Source of the DNA: Candidatus Eiseniibacteriota bacterium
Lineage (GTDB): Bacteria > Eisenbacteria > RBG-16-71-46
NCBI GenBank assembly: GCA_031364845.1
Contig: JANLWX010000111.1
Coordinates: 1-26,928 of the forward strand
DNA length: 26,928 nucleotides
Direction of reading: 5' to 3'
In this document: piece by piece, positions 25,911 to 26,928 of the stretch
Numbering within the stretch: the stretch's first letter is position 1
Layout of the letters: each line of letters starts with the position of its first letter
Position numbers and translations under genes: made by a program
The notes under the pieces: model-generated
What the model was told of the DNA's origin: nothing
The model's input: the letters and a program-made list of their open reading frames with translations, nothing else
The model's database searches: none

Positions 25911-26928
25911 ACGCCCACCACCGCAATTCGATGGTCCGCTGGTTCCTGGTTGTAATCCTTGCCGCGCTCGGGACTTCACCCGGCGTGCTGCACGCCGACG
26001 ATCTCAAGGACGGACGCGCCGCGCTGGCTGCCGGCCAGTACGATCAGGCGCTGGCGCTGTTCGAGAAGGTCGCCAACACCGGCAATGCCGAGGGACGCGT
26101 CGGCGTCGGCCAGGTGTGGTTGCGGCGCCGCAACTTCGCGAAGGCGACCGAGGCATTCGAGACCGCCCAGAAGATGGACGCCAATCTCGCGTGGCCCTAC
26201 TACGGCCAGGGCGAGGTGCTGCGGCGCGAGGACAAGTGCTCCGACGCGCTTCCTCTGCTTCAGAAGGCCACCGATCTCGATCGCAAATTCCCGGAAGCGC
26301 AGCTGGCACTCGGCGAATGCCTGGTGAAGACGAAGCAGCACGAGAAGGCGGTGGCAGCGCTCACGCAGGGTCTCAAGTGGGGGCCCCGGTGGATGCCGAA
26401 GTTCATGGTCGCGCTGGGCGACGCCGAACTCGCCCGCGACTCGCTGCGCGATGCCGGTGTGTGGTACACGCGCGCCCGCGAGGAGGCGCCCGAAGATCCG
26501 ACGCCGCGTCGCGCGCTCGGTGATTTCTACGTGCGCCGGGGCACGTTCGAACTCGCGGTTCCGGAATACCAGTCGGCGATCGAAAAGGATTCGACCGACA
26601 TCGAACTGCGCTACAAGCTCGGCCAGGCCATGTTCTACGCCCAGCGCTACAACGACGCGCTCGACATCTACAAGGACGTGGTTGCGCGGGAGCCGGAATA
26701 TGCCCCCGGCCTGCTGGCGCTCGGCGATCTGCTCTATCGCTCGGGTGCGGCGGATCCACGCCGCTACCAGGAGGCGAAGGCTCCAATCGAGGCCTACACG
26801 CGGCTGCGGCCCGACGATCCCCGGGGATGGAGCGTGCTCGGACGCACGCTGTACTTCCTCGGCCAGCGGGACGAGTCGCTGGCGGCGATGAATCGCGCGG
26901 AATCGCTGGGGGACAAGTCGAAGGAGAT
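25907..26928 (+). CDS. Secreted multi-TPR protein (3' truncated by window)
   Basis: Not in the supplied ORF track because it has no stop in the window. ATGA overlap with the upstream gene. MNAHHRNSMVRWFLVVILAALGTSPGVLHA signal peptide, then tandem TPRs (GQYDQALALFEK, AWPYYGQGEV, PEAQLALGE). Confidence 0.88.
   Translation, partial: MNAHHRNSMVRWFLVVILAALGTSPGVLHADDLKDGRAALAAGQYDQALALFEKVANTGNAEGRVGVGQVWLRRRNFAKATEAFETAQKMDANLAWPYYGQGEVLRREDKCSDALPLLQKATDLDRKFPEAQLALGECLVKTKQHEKAVAALTQGLKWGPRWMPKFMVALGDAELARDSLRDAGVWYTRAREEAPEDPTPRRALGDFYVRRGTFELAVPEYQSAIEKDSTDIELRYKLGQAMFYAQRYNDALDIYKDVVAREPEYAPGLLALGDLLYRSGAADPRRYQEAKAPIEAYTRLRPDDPRGWSVLGRTLYFLGQRDESLAAMNRAESLGDKSKE

Noticed and set aside
1..26928. 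CRISPR arrays, tRNA/rRNA genes, IS elements, prophage or defence genes
   Set aside because: No spaced repeats, cloverleaf structures or transposase/integrase motifs seen; intergenic gaps are short.

Overview
High-GC bacterial window with no mobile element, CRISPR array or RNA gene that I can support. 1-18453 (+) is a tightly coupled outer-membrane/lipid A/LPS-core cluster: bamA (partial), skp, lpxD, lpxC-fabZ fusion, lpxA, GnnA-like oxidoreductase, lpxB, DUF374 (LpxJ-like) acyltransferase, waaA, lpxK, nadB, Minf_1886-family protein, msbA, a GT9, archaeal/eukaryote-type proS, waaF and an N-terminally extended gmhB. It is followed by a convergent two-gene unit (TPR/Cys-cluster membrane protein and DUF4388-TM-pseudopilin-like protein), asnS, a convergent GT-C-like membrane protein, and a PstS-fold lipoprotein coupled to a partial secreted TPR protein. 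The gene set suggests a diderm organism near the FCB group (inference). The best leads are the TPR/DUF4388-pseudopilin pair, a non-canonical lipid A pathway (gnnA-like without gnnB or lpxH/I/G, LpxA lacking the H144 equivalent), the extended GmhB, a structured asnS leader, and mini-ORFs bridging gaps in the operon. All family calls come from motif recognition, not database searches.
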